A stretch of 64,000 nucleotides of DNA from a virus. The notes under the pieces were generated by a model that ran no database searches, was not told where the DNA came from, and was given only the letters and a program-made list of their open reading frames with translations. A program made the translations under genes and the position numbers. The number at the start of each line of letters is the position of its first letter. Position 1 is the stretch's first letter. Of the stretch, positions 41,060 through 51,511 are shown piece after piece. The stretch lies in the IMG/VR virus record IMGVR_UViG_3300013117_000027. One strand, 5' to 3'.

Positions 41060-43681
41060 ATGAAGAAAAAACTACTAATAATAGCGGACAGTATCAAGCG
41101 ACAAACTGGCTATTCTACTGTCGCTACTAACATAATCAATAACATAGACCATTCGAAGTTTGAGGTAGCCCAACTAGGTCTTGCTGATATACCTGTTGAC
41201 TATACTAAGACTAAGTTACCAGTACATCACTACTCTGTGATGAAAGATCATTCTCAGTGTTGTAAACGTGGTCACTTAATAGAATACTATAATAAAGATA
41301 CAGGTGAGCTAACTAATATTGTTCCTAACCTTACTGTAGACAATCATCCACAACAAGGTATATGTCCAAGAGGAACTAATTTACCAGGAGATGTGTTCGC
41401 ACAAGAATCAGCATTCTTTGTTATACAACACTATAAACCTGATATAGTAATAGCTATCAATGATGTATGGGCGTTGTATCATTATAATTTTCTACGTAAC
41501 AGAAAAGACTTTGTGTATGTACCTTACCTAGCAGTCGATAGTGAGTGTTTTCCAATGCACATCCATGCTCAGAAACCAGGAATGCCACCTATAGATACTT
41601 TAAAGTTTCTTGGACTGAACGATGAGACTGTAGTATTTACCAACTTCGCTAAAAAAGAGGTAGATAAAACAGTAGAACTTGCTACAGACGGTGGAAAACT
41701 TGCTAAAGATATTAAGATTATACCTCATGGTGTTGATATTTCATCTTTTAAACCTCTTGATAACAAGAAAGAACTAAGGAAGAAATATTTTCAGATAGAA
41801 GATGATAGTGTATTCTTGATAGGATGTGTTCAACGTAATCAACCTAGAAAAAGAATGGATGCTATCTTTCAAACTTTAAAGATACTTAAAGATAAGTATG
41901 AAGAAAAAGGAAGAAAGATAATGGTTCACTTTCACTGCGCTATGAATGATAACCTCGGATGGGATCTTCCGCACTTAGGAAAAGTATACGGAGTACTAGA
42001 TTCGTGTGTGTTTGATAATAAGTTATCTCCAGGAATGGGTGTACCAGTTGATGTTCTAAACGAGATTATTAATTGTTATGATATGCACTTAACTTTAACA
42101 AATTCGGAAGGATGGTGTAGTTACGGTCATACCAATGTCTTAACGGAAAGTTGTATTAAAAGATTAGATGAGATAACTGATAATGATAAAGTTATTACTC
42201 ACACAGGTAAGATAAAGAAAGTTCTTAAGCCGTTATCTAGACATTATAGTGGTGATATGATAAAAATTAAATATACTGGTGCGACAAGAGAAGTGTCTTT
42301 CACGCCTAATCATAATGTGTTAGTTCGTAGAAATGATACTAATGCGTGGGTAAGATCTGATGAGTTAACTATATCAGATAGGTTATGTTTACCTATTCCT
42401 AAATTTGAAAAACAAGATTCAATATTACATATAAAAGATCTTATTCAAGGTATAAATGTAGTCAATGAAGATGATCAACTGTTAATATTGACTGATTATA
42501 ATAAGAAAGACGGAACATATGTATCACACATTAATAAAAAGACAGTTCCCATTAAAGCTGTATGGAACATAGATGAACAAATGGCCACACTATTTGGAAA
42601 CTTTATAGCAGAAGGATCAACTAATAGTAGTCAAATAACATTTTCTATTAATGCTCAAAGAGATAATATTATTAGAAAAAATGTTATAGACTTTGCAACA
42701 AAGTTTAAACTTAAGTATAATCAATATATCATGGAAAGAAACAGAGAAAATATATCTGTAAGTTCGACGATATTATCGCATATGTTTAAATCTTTTGGAC
42801 AAGGTGCTAAGAATAAAGTAATACCTCATGAAATATTTAATATAGTTTCAGGAAATAGTAAGTTAACCAAAGCGTTATTAAACGGATTAATAGAAGGCGA
42901 TGGATGTTTTAATACACAGAATGCTATTACTTATACAACTATATCAAAAACACTGGCATACCAAGTGAAGACTTTATTTCTTAGTCTTGGCATATTTGCG
43001 AGAATATATGAACACAAAGAACGAAAATCATTTGATGTTTGGGTGCAAGGTGGAAATAATATTAATGAAATGTCTAAATGGATAGATAAGATACCTAATA
43101 ACATAAATCTTCCACAACAAAAACGTAATATTCAAACAAAACAAGATAATGATTATTTCTATCCTAAGATTAAAGGAATCATAAAAGAAGAATATAACGG
43201 TGTAGTGTATAATATAAGTGTGGAAGACGATGAGTCATATATAACTGAAGGATTTGCTGTTCACAACTGTCTTCCTATCTTAGAGACAATGAGCGCAGGA
43301 ATACCTAATGTTATAACTGACTACTCAGCTCATGGAGACTGGGCATCTGGAACAGCATTAAAGGTAAAGCTAGCGGCTAAGATACATGAAGTTAAAACTA
43401 ACCACATCAAAGGTATAGCTGACATCAACGACGCAGCTAAAAATGTGTCACTACTATATAAGTCAAAGAAACTATTGAAAGATTATCAGAAGAGATCATT
43501 AAAGCTTGCTAACAAGTTAGAATGGTCAAAGGTTTGCACTCAATGGAACAAGCTTCTAGATGAACTAGACTTAAGTAAGTTAGAAGATGGAAGATATGAT
43601 CTTACAGTAATAGAACCTGCTAACGAAAGCATTATCCCTGATAACCCAGTAACAACACCTTTTACCCTAGTGGAGGTATAG
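41060..43681 (+). CDS. GT4-family (GT-B) glycosyltransferase, intein-containing
   Basis: TGYSTV, IIPHGVD, RNQPRKR; spliced motif EGWCLPILETMSAGIP. Confidence 0.9.
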   Translation: MKKKLLIIADSIKRQTGYSTVATNIINNIDHSKFEVAQLGLADIPVDYTKTKLPVHHYSVMKDHSQCCKRGHLIEYYNKDTGELTNIVPNLTVDNHPQQGICPRGTNLPGDVFAQESAFFVIQHYKPDIVIAINDVWALYHYNFLRNRKDFVYVPYLAVDSECFPMHIHAQKPGMPPIDTLKFLGLNDETVVFTNFAKKEVDKTVELATDGGKLAKDIKIIPHGVDISSFKPLDNKKELRKKYFQIEDDSVFLIGCVQRNQPRKRMDAIFQTLKILKDKYEEKGRKIMVHFHCAMNDNLGWDLPHLGKVYGVLDSCVFDNKLSPGMGVPVDVLNEIINCYDMHLTLTNSEGWCSYGHTNVLTESCIKRLDEITDNDKVITHTGKIKKVLKPLSRHYSGDMIKIKYTGATREVSFTPNHNVLVRRNDTNAWVRSDELTISDRLCLPIPKFEKQDSILHIKDLIQGINVVNEDDQLLILTDYNKKDGTYVSHINKKTVPIKAVWNIDEQMATLFGNFIAEGSTNSSQITFSINAQRDNIIRKNVIDFATKFKLKYNQYIMERNRENISVSSTILSHMFKSFGQGAKNKVIPHEIFNIVSGNSKLTKALLNGLIEGDGCFNTQNAITYTTISKTLAYQVKTLFLSLGIFARIYEHKERKSFDVWVQGGNNINEMSKWIDKIPNNINLPQQKRNIQTKQDNDYFYPKIKGIIKEEYNGVVYNISVEDDESYITEGFAVHNCLPILETMSAGIPNVITDYSAHGDWASGTALKVKLAAKIHEVKTNHIKGIADINDAAKNVSLLYKSKKLLKDYQKRSLKLANKLEWSKVCTQWNKLLDELDLSKLEDGRYDLTVIEPANESIIPDNPVTTPFTLVEV
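42116..43267 (+). mobile_element. Intein (384 aa) in a GT4 glycosyltransferase
   Basis: EGW|CSYGHTNV...TPNH...GNFIAEG...GLIEGDG...AVHN|CLP. Confidence 0.92.
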
Positions 43682-43682
43682 A

Positions 43683-43925
43683 ATGGTATTTCCTAAAGAA
43701 TGGAAGAACTCAACATCCGAAGAAGGTAAGTATACATTTGGTAATAATGACTCACAGATAGTAAACGTTAACGACCTTGAGATAGGAGATCTATTCTTCG
43801 CAACAGACGAAGACGGAAATCTTATCGAGGATGATGATGGTAATACATTGTTTAGACTAGACGGTGATATGGATAAAGATAGATGTGGAGATTACTTACC
43901 ATGTATTCCAGTAGGAAAGGTGTAA
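43683..43925 (+). CDS. Small acidic hypothetical protein
   Basis: GGAGG RBS; operon context. Confidence 0.5.
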   Translation: MVFPKEWKNSTSEEGKYTFGNNDSQIVNVNDLEIGDLFFATDEDGNLIEDDDGNTLFRLDGDMDKDRCGDYLPCIPVGKV

Positions 43926-43926
43926 T

Positions 43927-44226
43927 ATGAGCACACAAGATTTATATAACTATGTTGCTAAAATAGAAAAGATATCCCCACGAGACGGGGATATCATAGC
44001 ACTGAAACTTAATATAAGCGAGACACAAATGAGTGAAACACTTGTTCAAAGTATAGGAGAGCTTGCTGGTTTGCTAGAAGACTATGGTATTCAAAATCCT
44101 TTACTGGTGTTAGGAAAAGATTCTTCTATAGAATCTATAGACGATAAGACTTTAGCACACCTAGGACTTGCACGTATACCTAAGACAACAGAAACAGACT
44201 CAATCGTAGACGATTTATACCAATAG
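43927..44226 (+). CDS. Hypothetical protein
   Basis: AAGG RBS; operon context. Confidence 0.5.
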   Translation: MSTQDLYNYVAKIEKISPRDGDIIALKLNISETQMSETLVQSIGELAGLLEDYGIQNPLLVLGKDSSIESIDDKTLAHLGLARIPKTTETDSIVDDLYQ

Positions 44227-44235
44227 GATATATAG

Positions 44236-45372
44236 ATGAAGATACTTGTAAGAGGACCTTACTCACAATCAGGTTTCGGCGTTGCCTGTATAGGACTTAT
44301 CAAAGTCCTGTTAAACGCTGGTCACGACGTTCAGTTTATCCCACTTAATACTAACCCAGGACAACATAAGATAGGATTCTCTCAAGAGCTTGCTACACTT
44401 ATAGATAGTCTCGTGGTAGATGAGGACGCAAAGAAACATACTGAAGTAGGAATAGATGTAGGAAGTCTTATCTATGGGCTTTCTGTTCCGCCTTTAGAAG
44501 TTGATAAGAATATACTGTACTGCACAACAGAGACAACAGACATACACGAAGACTACGTTGCTATGATGAACGAAAAGTATGATGAAATATGGACAGCTAC
44601 TAATTTTAATAAGATAGGTTTCATGTCATCTGGCGTTAGTAATACTATTAAAGTACTACCTCACGTCATAGATACTGATCACTTCAATCCGGAAGCATTG
44701 CCACTGAACATAGCTAATAAAAGAGAGTTTAACTTTGTTGCTAACTTTGATCTATCATATAGAAAAGGATTACACTTACTACTCCCAGCATATACGGAAG
44801 TATTTGATGCGGATGATGATGTTGCGTTGATACTTAAGATTACTAACAATAACTTTAAGGATAGAAATGCTGCTGTTCAAAAACTGAATGAGTTATTCTT
44901 TATGATGGATATTAATAGTAAAAAACATGCACCTATACTGTTCATGTTTGATATGTTACCAGATAACTATCTACCAGGACTTTATACAACAGGTGATGTT
45001 TATGTGGCACCTAATCTAGGGGAAGGATTCGCACTTCCTATTGCTGAGGCAATGGCGTGTGGTATTCCACCTATTGTGACAAGATGTGGTGGACCATTAG
45101 ACTATGTTAATAGTAAGAGTGGATTCCTTGTATCATTAGATAAAGAGAAATCTACTATACCTATTCAAGATCAATCATTACTACAACGTGACCCTCGATA
45201 CAGAGGAAGAAGCATCTTTAACATAGACATAGAATCTTTAAAAGAGAAGCTAAAAGATGCACACTTAAACGCAACAGAGACAAAAGAAAAAGGATTAAAA
45301 GCTAGAGAGCGTGTGCTTTCAAAGTTATCCCTAGAAGCAGTCACTAAGAAACTAGAGAAGATACTATGTTAA
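44236..45372 (+). CDS. GT4-family glycosyltransferase (no intein)
   Basis: SGFGVA, ETT, YRKG, GEGFALPIAEAMACGIP. Confidence 0.9.
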   Translation: MKILVRGPYSQSGFGVACIGLIKVLLNAGHDVQFIPLNTNPGQHKIGFSQELATLIDSLVVDEDAKKHTEVGIDVGSLIYGLSVPPLEVDKNILYCTTETTDIHEDYVAMMNEKYDEIWTATNFNKIGFMSSGVSNTIKVLPHVIDTDHFNPEALPLNIANKREFNFVANFDLSYRKGLHLLLPAYTEVFDADDDVALILKITNNNFKDRNAAVQKLNELFFMMDINSKKHAPILFMFDMLPDNYLPGLYTTGDVYVAPNLGEGFALPIAEAMACGIPPIVTRCGGPLDYVNSKSGFLVSLDKEKSTIPIQDQSLLQRDPRYRGRSIFNIDIESLKEKLKDAHLNATETKEKGLKARERVLSKLSLEAVTKKLEKILC

Positions 45373-45809
45373 GACTTAACTTAGGATGTGGATCCGTCAA
45401 ACATGACGGGTTCACTAATGTAGATATACTAGACAATGATAATGTAGATATTGTTCATGATCTCAATCAGATACCATGGCCGTTCGAAGATGAATCTATA
45501 GAGGAGATAATAGCAGAGGATGTGTTAGAACATTTACAGGATACACCAGCTATTATGAATGAAATGTGGAGAATATTAGAAGACGGTGCGACAGCAACCA
45601 TTCAAGTTCCCGACGTAATAAGAAATCCTCAATCAGCATACACCGACCCAACACATATACGTTTCTTCACCGATAGAACATTTGATTATTGGGATGAGAA
45701 TACAGAGTTTGGTGAGAAGTATGGATACTATTATGATAATAAATACTCAATTATACATAAGTCATTCCCTTACGGTAATGTAAAAGTAGTGATGCAGAAG
45801 GTGACATAA
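45366..45809 (+). CDS. Class I SAM-dependent methyltransferase
   Basis: RLNLGCG, DIVHDL, VLEHL, DPTH. Confidence 0.85.
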   Translation: MLRLNLGCGSVKHDGFTNVDILDNDNVDIVHDLNQIPWPFEDESIEEIIAEDVLEHLQDTPAIMNEMWRILEDGATATIQVPDVIRNPQSAYTDPTHIRFFTDRTFDYWDENTEFGEKYGYYYDNKYSIIHKSFPYGNVKVVMQKVT

Positions 45810-46519
45810 TGAAAACTATTACACTACCAGTAGCTACAAGACCACACTATCTTAGACAAATGCTTGACACTCTTAAAGAGAATAACCTCGAAGGTTATAA
45901 GCTATACGTTAATGCAGAACCTAATCAAGCTGTTATAGATGTTATTAGATCTGTAGACTTTATACCTACTACTGTTATAGTTAATAGAGACAGACTAGGT
46001 GTAAGACAAAATCCTTACAACTGTATCCAACGAGCGTTTGATGATGGTAGTACGTTTAATGTACACTTAGAAGATGATATAATATTATCACCAGATACAT
46101 TACAGTTAGCTTCATGGTACTATAAAGAGTACAAAGATAAACCTTTGACTCATCTTAACTATGGTATGTTTAACTATAAAAGCAATCCGGATGAACCTGA
46201 TAAGATTCAAGTTATAGAAGGTAAGTTTATAGGACTAGGATGGTGTACTTTTAAGGAGTGTTGGAATAAATGGTATAAGCCTTACTGGTTTGACGATAAG
46301 ATTAACGCAGAGGTATGGTCACCACAGACTGTTGGATGGGATTGGTCTATAGCTGCCATAGCTAAGACAGATAACCTTACATCTCTACAACCTTTAACCT
46401 CTAGGACTAACCATATTGGAAGAGTAGGTGGTACTTATTGTGGAGCAGACTTTCACGATAAAACTTTTCCGCAGATAATTATTAACGACGAAGAAGTAGA
46501 CACATTCGAGGTAATATAA
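45809..46519 (+). CDS. GT-A fold glycosyltransferase
   Basis: TRPHYL, HLEDDII, GWDWS, SRTNHIG. Confidence 0.7.
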   Translation: MKTITLPVATRPHYLRQMLDTLKENNLEGYKLYVNAEPNQAVIDVIRSVDFIPTTVIVNRDRLGVRQNPYNCIQRAFDDGSTFNVHLEDDIILSPDTLQLASWYYKEYKDKPLTHLNYGMFNYKSNPDEPDKIQVIEGKFIGLGWCTFKECWNKWYKPYWFDDKINAEVWSPQTVGWDWSIAAIAKTDNLTSLQPLTSRTNHIGRVGGTYCGADFHDKTFPQIIINDEEVDTFEVI

Positions 46520-48594
46520 TGAAAGATAAGAAACTGCTTATTACTGGAGGCACAGGTTCCTTTGGGAACGCTGTGCTAGACTTGTTCTTGCCTACTGACA
46601 TAGGTGAGATAAGAATCTTCTCTAGAGATGAGAAGAAGCAACATGATCTTAGAATGAAGCATCAGAATGATAAGATAAAGTATGTCATAGGTGATGTAAG
46701 AGACTATCAAAGTGTTAACGCTGCTATGGTAGGAGTAGACTACGTGTTCAGTGCTGCTGCTTTAAAGCAAGTACCTTCGTGTGAGTTCCATCCTATAGAA
46801 GCGGTTAAGACTAACATTCTTGGCACAGAGAACGTTCTAAATGCTGCTGTTCATAACGGCGTGAAGAAGGTTGTTTGTTTATCAACAGATAAGGCATGTC
46901 TTGATTTTCATTCACCTATTGAATTAGACGATGGTACAACTGTTAAAATATCAGATATTGTTAGAGATAAAAAATGTGTCTCAGTAAAAACATTTGATGA
47001 AGATTCTAAAAAGTTTAAGATATCGGAGACAGTTGGATGGTATAAAACTAAACTTAATGGAAGAAAAATGATTTCTATTTCTTATGAAAATGGATTAGTC
47101 CATGGTAGATATCATCAGCGCGTTTTAGCTACAGAAGATCATGATATTTTAACAAGTAAAGGTTGGAAAAGTGCTGGAACTTTATCAAATAAAGATATGA
47201 TAGTTACTAACGAATATAAACCAAATGATAAACAAAAGTGTGTTCTTCTTGGGACTATTTTAGGAGATTCATCTTTAGTTAAATCTAATAGTAATAGAGC
47301 TTATCTGAAAATGGGACATGCTAAAGATCAACTACAGTGGTTAAGACTAAAAGCGGACGCTCTAGATATGAACTATAGAAAAGATACTGTTAATATAAAT
47401 AAAGATAATAGACAAGATTTTTACAATGTATATAGCAAAAGTAGCGCATATTTAACAGATATTTACGATGATATCTATATTAATAAAGTGAAAATTATTC
47501 CAAGAAAAATGTTTGCTGAATGTTTTAATATAGATAGTAAGCTATTATTATCTACATTATTACAAGATGATGGTTGTATTACACGAGATAACTTAATAAG
47601 ACTTGCTACACATAGTTTTACAAAAGATGATGTTGAATGGTTAACAAAATATTTAACAAAGAATGGATATGAATGTAGTCCGTATAAATGTGTTGTTAAT
47701 AATGAAAAATATAATACTGTTTATTATGAAACAAGATTTACAAGACGTGGATCTAATAAACTAATCAAAGATTTACGTGGATATTTTATATTAGACTATA
47801 AGATTAACTGTGTAGATTCATTTGATAAAACTATATGGAATATAAATAATGTTAAAGAAATATATTATGGTAAAGCTATTGTTAATAATCATAAATATAT
47901 ATCAAAAGATGTATATTGTTTAGATATTAAAGATACACATAACTTTATTGTTAATAATGTAGTTGTTCACAATTGTTATCCTATCAACGCTATGGGAATG
48001 TCTAAAGCTTTGATGGAAAAGGTATCTATAGCTAAGGCTAGAACTAACATAGATACTATTATTTGTAATACAAGATATGGTAATGTAATGGGAACTAGAG
48101 GATCTGTTCTTCCTGTGTTCATTGAACAGATAAAGAGCGGTAAACCTATAACTATCACTGATCCATTGATGACAAGGTTTATGATGTCACTACAAGAGGC
48201 TGTAGAGTTGGTACTGTATGCGTTTAACCACGGATTACAAGGAGATACCTTTGTACAAAAATCACCAGCTGCGACAATAGCAGACATAACTGTGGCCATG
48301 GCTGAGATATTTAATGTTAATCCTATGTACAAGGTTATAGGCACTAGACATGGTGAGAAAAAGCATGAAGTGTTAATAGGTAAGGAAGAGATTTTGGTAG
48401 CTTCAGACCGTGGGGCTTACTACAGTGTTCCTATGAACAATAAGTCTATTAACTACCACAACTACTGTGCAGGTGATGACAGACTTACTCAAAATGAATA
48501 CTACGGTTCAGATAACACTAACAGACTTAGTGTTAAAGAACTAGTGGAGTTACTTAGTAAACAAGACTTTGTTAAGGAGGCACTAAGTGCGTAA
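46519..48594 (+). CDS. fnlA: UDP-GlcNAc 4,6-dehydratase/5-epimerase (FnlA/WbjB/CapE type), intein-containing
   Basis: GGTGSFG, FSRDEKKQ, AALKQVPSCE, STDKA, AMGMSK (Met replaces the SDR Tyr, as in FnlA/CapE), TRYGNV; spliced length 332 aa. Confidence 0.9.
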   Translation: MKDKKLLITGGTGSFGNAVLDLFLPTDIGEIRIFSRDEKKQHDLRMKHQNDKIKYVIGDVRDYQSVNAAMVGVDYVFSAAALKQVPSCEFHPIEAVKTNILGTENVLNAAVHNGVKKVVCLSTDKACLDFHSPIELDDGTTVKISDIVRDKKCVSVKTFDEDSKKFKISETVGWYKTKLNGRKMISISYENGLVHGRYHQRVLATEDHDILTSKGWKSAGTLSNKDMIVTNEYKPNDKQKCVLLGTILGDSSLVKSNSNRAYLKMGHAKDQLQWLRLKADALDMNYRKDTVNINKDNRQDFYNVYSKSSAYLTDIYDDIYINKVKIIPRKMFAECFNIDSKLLLSTLLQDDGCITRDNLIRLATHSFTKDDVEWLTKYLTKNGYECSPYKCVVNNEKYNTVYYETRFTRRGSNKLIKDLRGYFILDYKINCVDSFDKTIWNINNVKEIYYGKAIVNNHKYISKDVYCLDIKDTHNFIVNNVVVHNCYPINAMGMSKALMEKVSIAKARTNIDTIICNTRYGNVMGTRGSVLPVFIEQIKSGKPITITDPLMTRFMMSLQEAVELVLYAFNHGLQGDTFVQKSPAATIADITVAMAEIFNVNPMYKVIGTRHGEKKHEVLIGKEEILVASDRGAYYSVPMNNKSINYHNYCAGDDRLTQNEYYGSDNTNRLSVKELVELLSKQDFVKEALSA
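46897..47973 (+). mobile_element. Intein (359 aa) in the FnlA-like dehydratase
   Basis: STDKA|CLDFHSPI...ATEDH...GTILGDSS...LQDDG...VVHN|CYPINAMG. Confidence 0.92.
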
Positions 48595-49693
48595 AGTAAT
48601 GACGGTTGTAGGAACGCGACCTGAGATCATTAAACTGGCTGAGGTTATTAAGAAGTTAGATGAACACTTTGAACATATCCTTGTCCACACTGGACAGAAC
48701 TATGACTATGAACTCAATGAAGTATTCTTTAAAGACTTAGGTATACGTGAACCAGATGTCTTTCTTGATGCTGCAAGAGATACAGCTATAAGAACTATTG
48801 GGAATATTATGATGGAGATAGAAGCTCAGTTTGAAGAACATAAACCTGATGCGTTACTTATATACGGTGATACCAATAGTTGCTTATGTGCATACGTAGC
48901 TAAGAGAATGAAGATACCTGTGTTTCATATGGAAGCTGGTAATCGCTGTTTTGATCAGAGAGTTCCAGAGGAACTTAATAGGAAGGTTATAGATCACATC
49001 AGTGACATAAATATGACTGTAAGTGAGCACGCTAGGCAGTACCTTATCCAAGAAGGTATACGTCCTGAGACAGTTATAAAGGTGGGTTCATCTATGAGAG
49101 AAGTAATGTCTAAGAATATGAAACTCTTAGACTTAAATAGTACACTAAGTGATAACAGCCTAATAGAAGGAAAGTACTTCCTTGTGTCTCTTCATAGAGA
49201 AGAGAACGTAGATAGTGATAACTTCGAGAAGACTATCGATGCTTTGAACGGACTAGCGGAAAAGTACAGTTATCCTATCATTGTTAGTACCCATCCTAGA
49301 ACTAGAGCAAGACTAGATAAGAGTGGGGTAAAGTGTAACGAACTTATAAACTTTAGTAAGCCTTTCGGATTTTATGCTTACCAAGAACTACAAATGAACG
49401 CAGCGTGCGTAATATCTGACAGTGGAACTATAACAGAAGAGTGTTCTTTACTGGAGTTCCCAGCGGTTACTATAAGAGAAGCACATGAAAGACCAGAAGG
49501 AATGGACAACGGAGTACTTATAATGTCTTCCCTTGATAAGGAAAGCTTATTAGACTCAGTTAAGATAGCAACGGAGATTCCTCAAGCGCAGGAATACGTA
49601 GATGATTACTTTGTAGATGACGTGTCTTGTAAGGTGGTAAAGATTATATCTAGTTACATAGATTATGTTAATAGAACAGTATGGAGGAAGTAG
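48587..49693 (+). CDS. fnlC: UDP-sugar 2-epimerase (FnlC/WbjD/QnlB type)
   Basis: VGTRPEIIK, HTGQNYDYELN, HMEAGNRCFD, SDSGTITEE, ERPEG. Confidence 0.88.
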   Translation: MRKVMTVVGTRPEIIKLAEVIKKLDEHFEHILVHTGQNYDYELNEVFFKDLGIREPDVFLDAARDTAIRTIGNIMMEIEAQFEEHKPDALLIYGDTNSCLCAYVAKRMKIPVFHMEAGNRCFDQRVPEELNRKVIDHISDINMTVSEHARQYLIQEGIRPETVIKVGSSMREVMSKNMKLLDLNSTLSDNSLIEGKYFLVSLHREENVDSDNFEKTIDALNGLAEKYSYPIIVSTHPRTRARLDKSGVKCNELINFSKPFGFYAYQELQMNAACVISDSGTITEECSLLEFPAVTIREAHERPEGMDNGVLIMSSLDKESLLDSVKIATEIPQAQEYVDDYFVDDVSCKVVKIISSYIDYVNRTVWRK

Positions 49694-50505
49694 TGAAAGT
49701 ATTAGTTTTCGGAGCAAAAGGTATGGCTGGTTATATGATATCTAAGTACCTTAGAAGTAGAGGTCATTATGTTGTTACAGTATCAAGAGACGACGATACA
49801 GACTATACGTTCAGTATAAGATATTCTAATATCTTAGCTCATCCTTTACCAGAGTCTATCATTCAGAAAGAAGAACCTGACGTGGTTATAAATGCTGTCG
49901 GACTACTTGTGCAAGGTTGTAAAGATGATATACTATCTGGTATCCTTGTCAATACAGCGTTTCCACACATGTTAGAATACTTATCTGGATTCTATAAGTT
50001 CAAACTTATACATATAAGTACTGACTGTGTATTCTCTGGTAAGGTAGGTAACTATAAAGAGACTGACCAAACAGATGGTGAGGATAACTATGCTAAGACT
50101 AAAGCGCTAGGAGAGGTTACTGGGGAACATTCTCTTACCTTAAGAACGTCTATCATAGGTCCAGAGTTAAAAGATGGTACAGGCCTATTACATTGGTTTC
50201 TAAAACAAGATGAATGTGAAGGATGGGTCAACGCTTTCTGGTCTGGAGTTACTACACTAGAGTTAGCTAAAGCTATAGATTTCTTTATGCAATCAGATAA
50301 GACCGGATTTTATCATCTTACTTCAGACGAAAAGATATCTAAGTACGACCTACTTAAGTTAATAGCAGAGGTGTACGGCAAAGATACAAAGATATCAAGA
50401 ATAGCGGCACCTAAGTTCTGCGATAAGTCATTGTTAGATACTATCGGGACTTATACGCCACCTAGTTACTATGATATGTTAACGGAGTTAAGAGACTATG
50501 AATAG
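49693..50505 (+). CDS. RmlD-like NDP-4-keto-6-deoxysugar reductase (QnlA/WbvR type)
   Basis: GAKGMAG, HISTDCVFSG, YAKTK, RTSIIGPE; about 270 aa with no cupin domain; GTG start after GGAGG. Confidence 0.8.
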   Translation: MKVLVFGAKGMAGYMISKYLRSRGHYVVTVSRDDDTDYTFSIRYSNILAHPLPESIIQKEEPDVVINAVGLLVQGCKDDILSGILVNTAFPHMLEYLSGFYKFKLIHISTDCVFSGKVGNYKETDQTDGEDNYAKTKALGEVTGEHSLTLRTSIIGPELKDGTGLLHWFLKQDECEGWVNAFWSGVTTLELAKAIDFFMQSDKTGFYHLTSDEKISKYDLLKLIAEVYGKDTKISRIAAPKFCDKSLLDTIGTYTPPSYYDMLTELRDYE

Positions 50506-50697
50506 AATAATAGGACTAACACATAACTATCTCCCTCAAAATGGTAGCCTTCTTTGTGGTGCTATGGAAATGAATACGATATACATAAAAGTTTATGGGG
50601 ACCAGAAGACTTTTTTGATTGGAAACAAATAACTGAAACATTATTCCCTGGTTCTAACCAATACTTTATAGGAGTATGGAATGCAACAAATACCTAA
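50498..50697 (+). pseudogene. Internally deleted methyltransferase-like remnant
   Basis: MNRIIGLTHNYLPQNGSLLCG in one frame, then YGNEYDIHKSLWGPEDFFDW... in another. Confidence 0.4.
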
Positions 50698-51511
50698 GAT
50701 TATGCACCTTTATTGGGGCAGGAACAAACCGCTCAGTTTTATGAGATACCTAACTCCTTACTCGTTTGCTAAATATAATTCTGATTGGACGATTAAGATA
50801 TATTCCCCCTTGGCCCCCGGCAAAGAACCCACATGGACTAACACAACAGAAAACAAAGCTGAGTTAGATGTTGAATGTTACTTTAATCGTCTTAAAGATA
50901 TATCTAATGTTGAGATGATAGAGATAGACTTCAAGAACGATACTAATGACGTCTTTAGGTCTGATAAACTCAGGTTAGAGTTGTTGTCCACTGAAGGTGG
51001 ACTATGGTCTGACTTCGACATTTTGTACTTCAAACCTATAACACAGATGTGTGTCATAGACGCTAGTACACAGATGTGTGTCATAGACGCTAGTACATAC
51101 ATGTCTTACAATAAATGGTCAAGAGATCCTAATGATTGGTACCACTCTATCGGATTCTTACTAGCTTCTGCTAACAATAAGACTTTTAAAAAGTTAAAAG
51201 ACAAAGTAGATGAATATTTCGATGAAACTAACTATCAATGTATAGGTAGTCACATGTATAATAAAGAATTACAAGAAGGTGAGTTCTTTAATATACCTTT
51301 CGAAACTGTGTATCCTGTTCCATGGAATGCTGTTGTTAAGTTCTACACTTCTCAAATGAGATTTAAGTTAGGAACAATAGGTATACATTGGTTCGCAGGA
51401 TCTTCATTCTCTCACTCTGTAGAAGAAATATTAACAGAAGATACAATAGACGAGTATATGTATCCTGATGCAACCTTTATCAAGATAGTGAAAAAAGTAT
51501 GTTCTCAATAA
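50681..51511 (+). CDS. DXD-motif glycosyltransferase (GT32-like)
   Basis: IPKIMHLYW, SDKLRLELLSTEGGLWSDFD, IHWF. Confidence 0.85.
   Translation: MQQIPKIMHLYWGRNKPLSFMRYLTPYSFAKYNSDWTIKIYSPLAPGKEPTWTNTTENKAELDVECYFNRLKDISNVEMIEIDFKNDTNDVFRSDKLRLELLSTEGGLWSDFDILYFKPITQMCVIDASTQMCVIDASTYMSYNKWSRDPNDWYHSIGFLLASANNKTFKKLKDKVDEYFDETNYQCIGSHMYNKELQEGEFFNIPFETVYPVPWNAVVKFYTSQMRFKLGTIGIHWFAGSSFSHSVEEILTEDTIDEYMYPDATFIKIVKKVCSQ
51041..51094 (+). repeat. 27-bp perfect in-frame tandem duplication
   Basis: (ACACAGATGTGTGTCATAGACGCTAGT)x2 encoding TQMCVIDAS twice. Confidence 0.95.
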
